A DNA stretch of 64,000 nucleotides, from assembly GCF_023055435.1 (NCBI RefSeq), contig NW_025963779.1, positions 12,834,001 to 12,898,000 on the forward strand, read 5' to 3'. This DNA comes from Haliotis rufescens (lineage: Eukaryota). Under the pieces are notes generated by a model. The model did no database searches. It was not told where the DNA came from and saw nothing but the letters and a program-made list of their open reading frames with translations. Numbering within the stretch: position 1 is the first letter of the stretch; every line of letters starts with the position of its first letter. The position numbers and the translations under genes are program-made. Positions 38,813 through 52,962 of this stretch are shown piece after piece.

Positions 38813-39290
38813 NNNNNNNNNNNNNNNNNNNNNNNNNNNNNNNNNNNNNNNNNNNNNNNNNNNNNNNNNNNNNNNNNNNNNNNNNNNNNNNNNNNNNNNN
38901 NNNNNNNNNNNNNNNNNNNNNNNNNNNNNNNNNNNNNNNNNNNNNNNNNNNNNNNNNNNNNNNNNNNNNNNNNNNNNNNNNNNNNNNNNNNNNNNNNNNN
39001 NNNNNNNNNNNNNNNNNNNNNNNNNNNNNNNNNNNNNNNNNNNNNNNNNNNNNNNNNNNNNNNNNNNNNNNNNNNNNNNNNNNNNNNNNNNNNNNNNNNN
39101 NNNNNNNNNNNNNNNNNNNNNNNNNNNNNNNNNNNNNNNNNNNNNNNNNNNNNNNNNNNNNNNNNNNNNNNNNNNNNNNNNNNNNNNNNNNNNNNNNNNN
39201 NNNNNNNNNNNNNNNNNNNNNNNNNNNNNNNNNNNNNNNNNNNNNNNNNNNNNNNNNNNNNNNNNNNNNNNNNNNNNNNNNNNNNNNNNN
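38813..39290. other. Assembly gap (478 N)
   Basis: Run of N. Confidence 1.
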
Positions 39291-39403
39291 ATCGGGGCGA
39301 ACCGGGATTCGAACCCACAATCATAGGTTTCTGGCGTACCCAAGGGACTCAACTCTGCACAGCGAATTGCAGCGCCTTAGACGACTGGGCCACCCGTGCC
39401 CCC
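39291..39403 (-). mobile_element. SINE family A head, truncated by the gap
   Basis: A and B boxes as in other copies. Confidence 0.88.
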
Positions 39404-41652
39404 AATGGATTAAAGAAAGAAGGTTTCACTTACATGTGTCAGTAGCAGTGAGCAGCAGTGGTGTAACAGTATTGTATCCCGATACGAAGCCCACAATACA
39501 ATACATCCATTTACAACCCCTGTAGTCTGACTCACAGTCCCTGAACCATATAATTTTCCCTTCCACCCAGCTCTTTCTGTAATGCAAAATCTCTTAATGA
39601 TTCTTAATGGTTCAGGTTCTGAATCACCCTTCTCAATGGGGCTCTTTTTCAATTTAAATGGAGTTATTTCTTTCCATCAAAATTATATATTTTCAGAGAC
39701 TAAGCGTTAGTCTACAACCCCTGTACTGCAATACATGCGAAACATTACATTACATTACAGGTTATATGGGTGTAAAAACTTGTGAATAATAACAGAAACT
39801 GTTTAGCAACCAGCTTATCCAGATTCTCTATTATCTACATTATCCCATATTCAATTTTCTACAGTTAAAAACAAATATTTCAGGGTTGTGATTCACCTGC
39901 CAAAAGAAAGCATATCAGCTTATGAAATAAAGTACTGTATTGGAATATGAATCGTATTGCACCCATAGTATCAGCATAGGTATCATTTTGCCACTGAATT
40001 ATTACACCTCTAATAAATAGGATTTTACAAATAGAACTTGCTGAATGATTTGTAAACCACAAAACCAACATTTAAGCTGGTAAATTCCTATACACCCTGC
40101 AAGTGACATGTGTAATTAATTTCCCATTTCAGGTTCACAACTGACAAATCCATGTTCTGTGAAACATTTGTGCATGATATTTAGATCTGCATGTGACCTT
40201 GAGCTCTCAGTGCGGAGCCTCAAAGTGAGAATGGGGTCAGTTGTGACATGACAAGCAAGCGGCATGACATCAACACAATCACTACGTGATATCTTCAGAC
40301 CAGTCAGCCAAGGTGTATGATGGTCACTGGCCAGTCAGAGAGCTGGATTCTTTATGAGGAATGATATGGCATCTTATGACTATATCATGAGAGCCTGTTG
40401 CTGTAATCAGATAAACCAGCTTCTCTGGATGTGACCTAGGACTGTAACTATTAAAGGGAATGATCTTGTTTCATTATTTCATAAGTATTGTTATATGGTC
40501 AAAACATGATCATTACCCACTAAAGAATCTAGGTATCAGATTGGCCAGTTGGAGTTATGTAAAAACCATTACAGGTAAGTTTGCACAATACGAAGATTAT
40601 GTTCATGTGGCAGCTGGTTCTGGGCCCCGTTCCACAAAACAAACTTAGTGCTACGACTGTTGTAAGTCTATGTTAAGTAGAGAGCTAACAATCGTCTCAA
40701 CGCTATCATCGCTTTGTGGAACGGCACCCTGAACTGTTATTTGGTGATCATTGAATTTCCTAATTTTTGTTTTTAGATCATCGTTTGAACTATCCAGGGC
40801 CCACTTGCACAAAGCAATCTTAGCGCTAAGACTGTTGTAAGCCTATGCTGAAGTATGGGAGTTACGATCATCTTAGCGCTAAGATCGCTTTGTGCAAGTG
40901 GGCCCTGGTGTCTAATATTTATTGTTATCTTAGATTACTTTTACATTTACTCGCCATACTAATTTCGGTGAGACAGTGACAGCAAAATGGCACAGTAATG
41001 GCATGTGTTGGCAGGGAAACAAATGTGTGGATGGCTTGTTGGCAGGGGAAGCACAAAAGAAAATTAAACTTATGATATTTAAATTTACAGAAATCAGTTT
41101 AATATCATGCTACTGAAAAATTATATACTTTTATCTCAAACGGTTGAAAACATACTCAGTCTTTATCATAATGATCATGTATTATGGGCCTATATTTACA
41201 GTAAATCCTTGCATTATGTAAAGTGGTTTACGTTTTCATCGGTTTGACTGTAAATCAGTGTGTTTCAATGGTTCACTCTTCATTCCAAATGGCACACAAC
41301 CGACGTTTACAAAGTACCATCATTAATCATTTCTAGATGAAGGAAAACAAACTTTCATTTATCAGCTGCTTATCCCTGGCTTGTTTCTCAAACCACCATT
41401 GAAGTTTAGGAATATCTCAATTCCTTCTTCAAAAATGGAAGATTACCATAAAACCATTAAAAAAACTCATTTCAACCGTAAAGGTTGTTTTTTTTTTGCT
41501 AGCCTTGCTTTTGTTTCTTGGTTTGCTTAGCTCAGCTGATAGACGCTGATTATTTCAGTGCAGTGGCTTTTAATTGCTGTTTAGCATCGATATACTTGGT
41601 TCGTAGTTATTGCACCGTGCATGAGGGAGACGACCATACATGTTTATGCTAC

Positions 41653-41727
41653 CTTATTCCCGTATGGATGTGACTCTAGATACGCTTTATATTTCTTCAG
41701 TTTGTGAAAAGTTTCAGGATCCGCCAT
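41653..41727 (-). CDS. ELOA: Elongin A exon 1
   Basis: gcaATGG start; MADPETFHKLKKYKAYLESHPYGNK|gtagca; phase 0. Confidence 0.8.
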
Positions 41728-41989
41728 TGCATACGTCTACTAAGAGCAGATAACTCTAATTCACCGGTAACGGTCTCAGAAACTTATACAGCCGCTTCGT
41801 TTACTTTTATGACCTATGAGCCATGCCCGTGCTCGATTTTTTGCACTCAGATGAACAAGTGTTCTTGCGAACGGATTACCCGTGACTATGCTTTCGTCAT
41901 TTGTAAAAGGTTTATATTTTGTTGTTCTATAAATTTGATGTTAAAAGTCTTTTTGCGAACATTTCTTAAAACAAACCGTGAAAACAAAC

Positions 41990-42650
41990 AAGATGCGTTC
42001 ATTCCCTAGACAAATGGTTGTGTGAGCTAGCAACCTGTTGTCTCACTGTCAAGTTTGGTGACGACGCAGCTTTGGTTGGCCTAATAAGAGAACACGGGTA
42101 ACACTACACAGACAAAATATGGGACGTACCTATGTGGCGTGAGGACAATTATCTCCCGTTGAATGAAAACAAGACAAAAAGAAATTACCATTGACGTCAG
42201 ACACCAAAAGACGACCAATACCTGTCAGTATGAGAACAACAGGACTGTGGAAGTTGTAAAAGAATATAACTATGTGAGAACGTTTATAGATAATACATTA
42301 ATCTGGAATGTGAACACTGATGATTTTTTCTTAAAATGTCAACATACTTTAAGAGTACATTTTATATGCAAATTAAGACATTTTCATGTCTTTGTTTTCA
42401 GAAAGTGTTTTAACTTTTTTCCCTTTCGTGTTGGTATGGAGCTCTGCGACTTCATTATAAATCACGACGTACAATCTTATACGAAAAACGTATTGTAAAC
42501 TTATCTCATAAAGTTTTAACAGACCTGAACACTTTTAAAGTAATGAGTATCCACTTCTACTTTCAGGTCGGCTATACCTTTTGCCACGTTTTGAAACCAA
42601 CATAGCTCTTAGATCTTTTGAAAATTGTTAAACCCTAGGACTGTCTGTCT
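41990..42650 (+). mobile_element. Decayed CR1/L2-group LINE RT 3' fragment
   Basis: KFGDDAALVGLI, DNYLPLNENKTKEITID, VEVVKEYNY..IDNTLIW, with frameshifts. Confidence 0.7.
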
Positions 42651-42929
42651 TTTGATCCTTTCTGACGTTCTTAAATATCGTATATGTTGAACCCTATGTG
42701 TTTAACGTATTAGTGCTTTTACTTGTACACAGAATTCCCTTTTCGGATAATAAAGTATTGTCATAGTCATTGATGATATAGAGATATTGTGAGAAGTCAC
42801 ATTCACAGGGGAGACTGTATAGGCTTAATTTCCAGTCTAGGTCTGGACAATATTCCTGGAAGAAACCACAAGAAGAGAATGGTTTTTACAACCAGTAATC
42901 TCCCGAGATTCATTAACATATAATTATAT

Positions 42930-43350
42930 ATTGAAAGGGATTCCGTGTCATTTGATTGGCTTAGAAAAAAATATTTGTCATAGTATATATCCTTCCTTAA
43001 ACCGCATATGTGGACTCTTATTCTGATTGTTGTACACAGTCGTTGAAGCTCCAAACCACAATCACATTCGGCCCGCCTGCCTAACGGTCAGTCAGTATTC
43101 ACTGCTGAATTGGAGGCAATTCATCATGCACTAAAACTCATACCGGAACTACCGGCAGCAAAGGCAGTCGTCCTATCACTCGCCACGTGCACCACAAGTT
43201 ATATCAGCGGCCGAAACTCAACTCGAGACCAAACACAATCAATAATATTCTACCTGAATATACAAAACTATCGGGCCAAGGGCAACAGGTGGAGCTTTGT
43301 TGGATCCCGACTCGCATAGCTATTCATGGAAATGAAAAAGCAGATATACC
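42930..43350 (+). mobile_element. Decayed RNase H-bearing LINE (I/Nimb-like) fragment; continues near 44130-44300
   Basis: RLPNGQSVFTAELEAIHHAL, ELCWIP....HGNEKAD, later ISRLRLGH...CPSC. Confidence 0.75.
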
Positions 43351-43408
43351 AGTGAATGGGGGGAGGTCTCAAGGCGACGCAATTAGAATAAGTCTCGAAC
43401 ACTCTATT

Positions 43409-43683
43409 GCGGGTGGCCCAGTCGACTAAGGCGCCGCGATTCGCTGTGCAGAGTTGCGCCCCTTGGGCACACCAGAAACCTATGATTGTGGGTTCGAATC
43501 CCGGTTCGCCCCAATTATGTTTCTAGGTTTGTCAGCACCATACCCGTGCTCGTGGGTTTCACCGAAGTGGTAAACGTCTGAGACCTGCATCACTTCGGGC
43601 TTTCCTCCCACATTAAGCTGAAACGCCGCGATATAACTGGAATACTGTTAAAAGCGGCGTTAAACCAAACTCACTCACTCACT
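43409..43683 (+). mobile_element. SINE family A, intergenic, plus strand (partial head also 44405-44521)
   Basis: Family A sequence ending CTCACTCACTCAC. Confidence 0.9.
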
Positions 43684-45706
43684 ATAAGAAGTGACTAAAC
43701 CGGATGTGGTGGTCAGGCTCGGTGGCTATAGGTTGATCGGGTGTCTTCTTACATATCATTGCCGATGCGATGTAAAACTATAACTCACTCACTCTTACAT
43801 ATCAATCAATCGTCTTGGTCTTGATTCGGTTATTTACAGGCTACCGTGACATAAATAGTGTGGACTGCGACTTATACAAACCTACACATACTCTCGCATA
43901 ACAGTTGGGATTTGTTGGCACCCTTTAGAAATAGTATGCAGTCAGCCATTTCAATTTAGGACAAAATAGATGACATTAAATTATATGAATGAACTTTCGT
44001 TGAAGTTTTGATTGGCGTTAGTTTTACAGAATCGCAACTGGTGTACTCACACTTAATACACTATTGCTAGATATGGGAACGGGAATCTAGAAAGTTATGA
44101 ATGGAAGTGAATGGCAGATTTCTACACAAAATTCAATTAGCCATCTCACGCCTCAGACTCGGTCACAAAAAGCGTCATGACAAGGTATGCCCATCTTGCA
44201 ATCAACCTGATTCCAAATGCTCACTCGTTGCTGGAATTTCAAGGCCGGGCTCGTTTAAAACAAGAATTGCAGTTAGATCCGCTATCTGTCGTATATCTCC
44301 TGAAGCCAAGAGACACACACAGTAGCGAGGGCCAAACTAACTCTATTTCTGATAATATCATATGTATGTGTGTGCGTTTGTGGGTGGTTGGGGTGGGTGG
44401 GGGTTGGGGGAGGTCTCAAGGCGACGCAATTCGCCGTGCAGAACTGCGTACTTTGGGCACGCCAGAAACCAATGGTTGTTGGTTCGAATCCTATTCGCCC
44501 CGATAACGTTTCTAGGTTTGTTTGAGATGAACAGCTACTCGAACGTATATAAACAGGGCAACCGAAGATAAAAGAATGAAATTGTACCAATATCCGAACT
44601 TATTAATCTTATCAAAAAAACAGCAATTTTATCAATACTAAAACTCACAATGGATATGTGTACCCTACTCACACACAGACTTCAAAAGGAGGACAGGTCA
44701 GCCGAAATCGCTAGGGCAGAAGGCGACCTCTTAAACACTTAAAGCAACAACAACATTCGTCGATGTGTTCCTGCTGTTAAGGATACCTAGGCAGAATGGG
44801 TTCCCAATACCTCGTGCTTGTAGTTTGCTGCGATTGGAGAGGGTCACGTGGTCACAACGTGTTCTCTGCCTCAACGTGTGTCATCGTGACCCGACGGTGT
44901 GGATCATTGTCTCTGGACCAGACAATCCAGAGATTGATATCATGAGCATCTATCCACGCAATTGAGATACGATGACATGCATCAACCAAGTCAGCGAGCC
45001 TGACCTCCCGATCCCGTTAGTCGCCTCTCACGACAAGCATAGTCGCCTTTTAGGGCAAGCATAAGTTGCTGAAGACCTATTCTAAACCGGAACTTCACTG
45101 GTCAAACCTCGTTGGTACCCAGTTAGAGTAAGCCTCGAACACACTATTGGTTATTTACAGGCAACCGTGACATAAATAGTGTGGACTGCGACTTATACAA
45201 ACCTACACATACTCTCGCATAACAGTTGGGATTTGTTGGCACCCTTTAGAAATAGTATGCAGTCAGCCATTTCAATTTAGAAAAAAATAGATGACATTAT
45301 ATTATATGAATTAACTTTCGTTGAAGTTTTGATTGGCGTTAGTTTTACAGAATCGCAACTGGTGTACTCACACTTTATACACAATTGCTAGATATTGGAA
45401 CGGGAATCTAGAATGTTGTGAATGGAAGTGAAATAGTAGATACTGTGACAAATTTCTAAAAACATGCGAATTTTTCGTGATTTTATTTTGGGGGTTGAAG
45501 TCGTATTGGAGATGAGAAAGAGCATGGTCAGAGTATGACATCATTTTAGGTGTGGAATTAGCGTTTCCCGCGTAGACAGATCTAAAAAGAAGCAGGGAGA
45601 GATGAAACACACGAGTGGACAGTGAATTATCAACAAGACTGCATACCCAGTTTCGCTAAGCTATGCCCTTTTCTACGGAGTGATCGTATTGCAATATACC
45701 CCCGTA

Positions 45707-45722
45707 CGCACACACACACACA

Positions 45723-45766
<44 letters not shown>
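45707..45766. repeat. (CA)n microsatellite
   Basis: Direct reading. Confidence 0.97.
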
Positions 45767-45768
<2 letters not shown>

Positions 45769-48700
45769 GTGTAACACCAACCTCTTTAAAAAATATACAT
45801 TGTAAGTTTGAAATCGGTAATCTATTCATAAATAGTGGTGTAGTAAATAGAGCGTTTTCCCGGAGAGCGGATGGTGGGGCCATCCACGTCGCGTCACACC
45901 AAAGGAGGTTAAACTATATGTTACTTTCTGTTACCCTTCCTGGCGCTTAGTAAAAAGGGTATTCGTATAAAACAAGGTTGGTCGGCTCGGAGTCAGTATT
46001 ATATGTGTCTGAGTCTGGTATCCATATTAAACTGGTATCTCAGTGGATAGCACAATAACACAGGCATATGCCATGCCGGGAATCGAACCCGGGTTTTCAG
46101 CATGACGAGCGAACGCTTTAACCACTAGGCTACCCGACCGCCCACGAGTTGCTGGAAGGAATACTCGAATTGTGATAGGATATTTTTTCGGTCGCTGCAA
46201 CAAAAACCAAAAAGTAGCATCATAGGTCAAGCATTGGTTGCTGGGATCTGTTCTAACCCAGGAACCCCACGGGGTAAATCCTTGGAAAACAGCAAAGTGA
46301 GTGCGTATGGTTTTACACCACTTTTAGCAATATTCCAGCAATATCAGGGCGGGTGACACCAGAAATGGGCTTCACACACTGTACCCATGTGGGGAATCGA
46401 ACCGGGTCTTCAGTGTGACAAGCGAATGCTTTAATGCCTTGGCTACCCCACAACCCTTGGAAAACAGCAAAGAACAAGATGTGACTAAAGTCATGTATGA
46501 CAAGACAACGATTACAAAAGGATGAATTTATTATGACAATGTACAAACTATGAAATTATCTTGAATTATATACACATGAGTATCGAAGAAAACACATTGT
46601 AGAAATTAACACTGGTAACAATATATTTATAACGGAACCAACACTGTATAGAGCAATGATTATGAACTGATTCTAAGGCAAAATTTCCTGTCTTGCGATA
46701 CTGTTTCAGAATTTTCGTTTTTCAAGTTACGTTTTCATCAGGTCTCAATCCATTTTCAGCTTACAATATTCATATCACTGACTTTTCATCAGGTCACTAA
46801 TTTAATCGCAGATCAAATAACTTTCAAATCATTACAAAAATGAATATTGCTTTGAATAAGTGAAACTGAGCAGAAAAATGACATGTCAAAATAAGATTTC
46901 ATAAATCATATTAAAAATGGAATGTTTTCTCAGAACAAATAATAAAAATGTTAAGGTAGAGGGGTATTCATATTGTATCCAGCACACAATTAAAAAAGGA
47001 ACAATTCATAAAAAAACACAATTGGACTGGATGAGAAATACAAAGAACATATGAGATGATCTTGTGCTGCCATATATATTTACATGATCATTAACAGCTG
47101 CATTGAAAATCAAACTTTTCGTCAAATGATATCACAATCAAAATGATCAGTGTAACTGAGATTGCAACTATGTAGGTATAGATAACACAGTGAAGCTAAA
47201 GAGTCTACTTAAACTATTGCTCTTATATATTTTCAATTAATTTTCGAAGTGTAAGTAAAACAATACACTAATATGACAACGATACAGACTCAAGATTGCT
47301 GAACTGTAAAGAGTGTTCTAGAACTGAGAATGCTGAAGAGCCAGCTATAGCCCCGTAATCTGGCTCAATGATGGATGTGGTAGCAACACTTCAGAGATAA
47401 GTTTCCTGTTGTCGGTGTCTTTAACAATTAATGACAACCTCAACCGCAGCTACTCTAAAAAGACTGATCAATGTCATCAATATTTACATTATCATTTTAT
47501 ATACAAAAAGGCCATGGTGGACATGGGTATCAAATGATGTAATTTGTACATTTCATGACACAATTATCCTAACCAGTACAGGAAATAAATACTGATTTCT
47601 CTGCAGTCCATGGAGTTGACAGAGTCAATTCACATGTACACCTTACACCCTGACAGGTAAAGACACCGAGATTTCAATTTATCCCCTGACAACTTTCCTT
47701 ACTTGAAGTCGGTCAATATCATTAGAATCTGATCTTTTACTATGATAGAATACATCTCTGCATGAAGATCTGACATAACTTGCATAGGAGGTCACCTTTG
47801 ATGGACATTCCAATCAGCCAATCACCATCTAGGCTTCTAATTTATCTAGCCAGCTAAGCATTCAGAGCATGATTTCTGTATTTTGAATATAAACATAAAC
47901 AAGAAGTTCTGAATGGAAACAATAAAAGCTGTGCTGATATATTAGTGTGAATATTTAATACACTCAGTCATTCCCATGTGTCATGGGATCTTGGCTCAAA
48001 ATGGAGTACCTTCCAAAAAATATTTGTGTCATATTGGTTTGCTTTTGTTAAAATCAAAATTGCTGAATAGTGGAAAAGACATGAAGTCAAATCATTTTAG
48101 ATCAGCCCAAAGTTTTCTCAGGGTTCAACTGACACAACTTCCTATGGAGGGTTTGTCCTATCTTCATGCAGATAGGTATCATGTCAGAAATAAAGATCTA
48201 AGTATTAATGACATCGGAAGTCAATTTGATACATAGAAAATCTACTGCAACAACTATAAACTTCAGTTTCATAGAAAATTCAAATTGTCATTATGATAAA
48301 TATACAAAAATGTCATGCAAAATCTTTTTGTCTTACTTAAATAATTCTCACACTTGTCTCTCAATTTCTTATAGGACTCTCAACTGCCTTAACTACTTGG
48401 ACTGTTCAGTATAACTGAACACTTCTTTTCTGGTCCCTTACAGTCTTGCAGTAGTAATAGTTACACAATAACAAATGAGAAAGAAAACGTCAGCAGAGCA
48501 ATTATATCTACTCATTCTGTATGAACAAACTACTTTTAAGTAAAACAGATTTTGAAATAACAGCACTAGCAAATTTATGCCTATTTGTTTGTTCATTACT
48601 TCAACAATTATCATATTACACTGAATACTTAAAAACAAAATCTGCAGGTTTCATCTACATAATTTTAACATTTCATTATGTATCATACTGTAAGGCAAGG

Positions 48701-49106
48701 ACCACATTTTAGTGTGGACTAGCCATGCAGAGCAGGAGACAACCGTATAAATTCATAAAGTATTAATGTCTTCCACAGAAGGCAAAGGTGAATGAATGTT
48801 CATAAATCTCATCACATCAGATAAAGTACATACCAAAATTGAAGCATTTTGTAGAACAAAAAAATATGAAAGAGAACACACCCAAAAAGAATTCCGGTTT
48901 TCAGGATGGGCTAAAGTTCTACCAAAGAACAGGAATGTCTTATCTTACAATACATGCATGCTTTAACTTGTCTGGCTCAAAATATCAATTAATCTAAGGC
49001 AAAAACAAGTCTGCTTGCACAAAGCATATCTGTAATCAATAATATGTGTAAAAGGGGAGACGACACAGGTGCGAGGTAGGTGGGCAGGTAAGGCATCTTA
49101 GCAAGC

Positions 49107-49179
49107 TCAGCACCGAGACACATTCGTCATGCTACTAAGTTTTGAGTTTGTCGATCCTCCGTAACCACGTTTATCGTAC
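49107..49179 (-). CDS. Esterase-like gene, putative last coding exon (cytoplasmic tail)
   Basis: atttcag|G; YDKRGYGGSTNSKLSSMTNVSRC*; phase 2 matches upstream donors. Confidence 0.55.
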
Positions 49180-49853
49180 CTGAAATGATGCAAGAATTGA
49201 GGTCGTCATTCAAAAAACAGAATATTAAGTATAAATCAAGAAACAAAGCACATCTGTTTCAGATTAGTTTCCTTTATAAATCCTAACAAATGTTAAACTG
49301 GCATTCAGAGCTGCCCTCACAAGAGAATTAGGAAAGACATGTGCTTTCTATCAATGTTGAAAACATTAGATCCACCTGAAAAAAAATGACTTCCTTAAAA
49401 TATTCATATTGATATCACTTATGCTTTCATCTATGTTGTACACATTTGTAAGTTACCATACAAAACAAAGACTAGTAACAGAGGAAATGGTGACATGGTG
49501 TAAGTTATTTGAGGATAGAATTCTTATGATAATCATTTCTTTTTTAAGTAAATCATTTGTAATTTGAATTCTCTCTTGAAAATATATCACAAAAATTTAT
49601 CAAAGTAATAATCAGATTTTAGTTTAGTTTAGTTCAGCAGGATGAGACACTCATACATCATAATTACCACAATAATGTCATCTTCAATGCTTGAATGTTA
49701 TTATCTAACATCAAATGAAATTTCAGATATATGATGACAGGTTCCTCATAACACATTCATCCTTCTAAAACACGCCCCATGATGGAAGAACCAAGGGAGA
49801 CAATCCTGCCCCAGCTAGCACTGTGTTAAAGCATCAGTTGAAGTCAATCTTAC

Positions 49854-49898
49854 CTGTCTGCCTCTCTGGTTCTAGCTGGTCTATATTTCGTCTCATAA
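49854..49898 (-). CDS. Esterase-like gene, putative 45-nt symmetric cytoplasmic exon
   Basis: ctttctttag|T...ACAG|gtaaga; YETKYRPARTREAD; phase 2-2. Confidence 0.5.
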
Positions 49899-50727
49899 CT
49901 AAAGAAAGAAAGCCACAGGACCTTCTTAAGCAAGTAACAACAGAGGGGAAAATGCTTGGAGGGAAAGCACTAATCAGACAGACCTGTGAACTGCAATATT
50001 TGTTTCTACAATGTCTCATGTAAGTCACAGATACAAAGGTACATGAACATATCATTCTTGAAGATCTAAAGATCTGCATATTGATATGAATACATGTTAC
50101 CACACCAATGATTTCTTTGGACAGGATGATATGTACCAGCTACATGAAGCCAATAGTAATTATTTTTTTATCTGTAGTATTGAATCCTGATATTTGAAAG
50201 GATCCCACTATGAGAATTAGAATGATTTAATCGATAGCAACACCTTGAGATAAGAAGTAGAATAAAAATTATTAAGTAGACAATGTATTATGAACTATGT
50301 TCTGCAATAAACTCAGTTCACAGATGAGTCGACTTGCATGTGGGGTTAGGAAGCACAAACATTGGGCAGCTCTGAATTCACTGTAATAATTCATTATCTT
50401 TATTCATTATCATTGCAGAAAACAATCTAAGAGGAACTACACACAGATGGATGGAATGAACAATGAAGAAACAAAGTACGTAATTAAATGATATATTTAA
50501 ATCCAATTTATCCACAGGACTATATATATGACCCATTGAAGCCTACAAATGAAAAAGGGAATACTAAAGATTCCTCAAACTTATGGTATTAGAGGAATAT
50601 ACTTTTTCAGTCATAAGAAATAAATTAGACATGCAAAGTAGAGAATAAAAATGAAATGAAATAGTTGACAAATATCACTTCTGATGTGAACAAACTTCAC
50701 AATTATCAAGGCAGATAGATAACAATA

Positions 50728-50882
50728 TCAATACTTTTTAGTCCTTGTTTTTCTGGCCAGGACAATACAGACGGCAATGATGATGATGATCAAGAGAGCC
50801 CCTGCTGCAACCAGGGCCCAGGTTGAGATCTCATATGATGATGTCTGTACTGCTTCTGGAGATACTGTTGTCCCAAAGGCAA
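50728..50882 (-). CDS. Esterase-like gene, transmembrane exon
   Basis: FAFGTTVSPEAVQTSSYEISTWALVAAGALLIIIIAVCIVLARKTRTKKY*; possible donor AA|gtattg after 50735. Confidence 0.85.
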
Positions 50883-50906
50883 CTGTAAAACAATGAGTTA
50901 TCATCA

Positions 50907-52590
50907 TTTACCATGTTACCTTGACAAATGTCAATCTGAAGGAACCTTGCTTACCAAGACAAATGTCAGCCTGAAGGAACCTTGCTTACCATGACAAATG
51001 TTAATATGAACGAACCTTGCTTACCATGACAAATGTCAATCTGAAGGAACCTTGCTTACCATGACAAATGTCAATCTGAAGGAACCTTGCTTACCAAGAC
51101 AAATGTCAATCTGAAGGAACCTTGCTTACCATGACAAATGTCAATCTGAACGAACCTTGCTTACCATGACAAATGTCAATATGAACGAACCTTGCTTACC
51201 ATGACAAATGTCAATATGAAGGAACCTTGCTCACCATGACAAATGTCAATCTGAAGGAACCTTGCTTACCATGACAAATGTCAATCTGAAGGAACCTTGC
51301 TTACCAAGACAAATGTCAATCTGAAGGAACCTTGCTTACCAAGACAAATGTCAATCTGAAGGAACCTTGCTTACCATGAAAAATGTTAATATGAAGGAAC
51401 CTTGCTTACCAAGACAAATGTCAATCTGAAGGAACCTTGCTTACCATGACAAATGTTAATATGAACAAACCTTGCTTACCATGACAAATTGCAATCTGAA
51501 GGAACCTTGCTTACCAAGACAAATGTCAGCCTGAACGAACCTTGCTTACCATGACAAATGTCAATATGAACGAACCTTGCTTACCATGACAAATTGCAAT
51601 CTGAAGGAACCTTGCTTACCAAGACAAATGTCAATCTGAAGGAACCTTGCTTACCATGACAAATGTTAATATGAACGAACCTTGCTTACCATGACAAATG
51701 TCAATCTAAAGGAACCTTGCTTACCAAGACAAATGTCAGCCTGAATGAACCTTGCTTACCATGACAAATGTCAATATGAACGAACCTTGCTTACCATGAC
51801 AAATTGCAATCTGAAGGAACCTTGCTTACCAAGACAAATGTCAGCCTGAACGAACCTTGCTTACCAAGACAAATGGCTTTAAAAAGGAACCTTGCTTACC
51901 ATGACAAATGTCAATCTGAAGGAACCTTGCTTACCAAGACAAATGTCAATCTGAACGAACCTTGCTTACCATGACAAATGTCAATCTGAACGAACCTTGC
52001 TCACCATGACAAATGTCAATCTGAACGAACCTTGCTCACCATGACAAATGTCAATCTGAAGGAACCTTGCTTACCATGACAAATCTCAATCTGAAGGAAC
52101 CTTGCTTACCAAGACAAATGTCAATATGAACGAACCTTGCTTACCATGACAAATGTCAATCTGAAGGAACATTGCTTACCATGACAAATGTTAATATGAA
52201 CGAACCTTGCTCACCATGACAAATGTCAATCTGAAGGAACCTTGCTTACCAAGACAAATGTCAATCTGAACGAACCTTGCTTACCATGACAAATGTCAAT
52301 CTGAACGAACCTTGCTTACCAAGACAAATGTCAATCTGAAGGAACATTGCTTACCATGACAAATGTCAATCTGAAGGAACCTTGCTCACCATGACAAATG
52401 TCAATCTGAAGGAACCTTGCTTACCAAGACAAATGTCAATCTGAAGCAACCTTGCTCACCATGACAAATGTCAATCTGAAGGAACCTTGCTTACCTTGAC
52501 AAATGTCAATCTGAAGGAACCTTGCTCACCAAGACAAATGGCAATCTGAACGAACCTTGCTTACCATGACAAATGGCAATCTGAAGGAAC
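50907..52590. repeat. 35-bp minisatellite, about 48 copies
   Basis: Unit GAACCTTGCTTACCATGACAAATGTCAATCTGAAG. Confidence 0.97.
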
Positions 52591-52962
52591 TTTATTTCAT
52601 TGGGGCATTTTATTTCATATAAGTACTTTTACAGATTCATTGACTCTAAAAAGCTGGAATACAATGCAGTTAAAAGCATTTATATTACTGCCAAACCTGA
52701 TAATCATACATCTTGAAACAATATCATCTATTGTTCACTGCCTAACCCTGATCATTTCATGTACCAATCAGGGGTGCAAATTGGCACTTGGTCATTGGAC
52801 AAATCAGTTTGTCTCATGTTAAAGGTATCCTATGGGCTAGTAAAATTTCAAACTTTTTTGGCGGTGTGTCCATACATGTTATCACTATTCAGGCTTGTAA
52901 TAAGACTTTCAGGTTAACTGGCATCCATTGACCAACATACAAACGTTGTCCATTATACTCAC

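Larger units (their letters stand above)
20522..41727 (-). other. ELOA: Elongin A gene, 12 coding exons, 3126 nt CDS, about 1041 aa
   Basis: N-terminal TFIIS-N domain (LQETGLGKLVNGFRK...ARELVARWK), BC box (PLFDICMQVL), LW..HC.RDF, WREMYL, AKPPREV, APMMQKT; all junctions GT-AG and phase-consistent. Confidence 0.95.

Noticed and set aside
38646-39352. ORFs of 176-224 aa
   Set aside because: They span the N gap; only 38734-38790 is a real exon.
50907-52590. CRISPR-like arrays (also 5375-6660, 60232-60892)
   Set aside because: Head-to-tail repeats without unique spacers, no cas genes, eukaryotic context.
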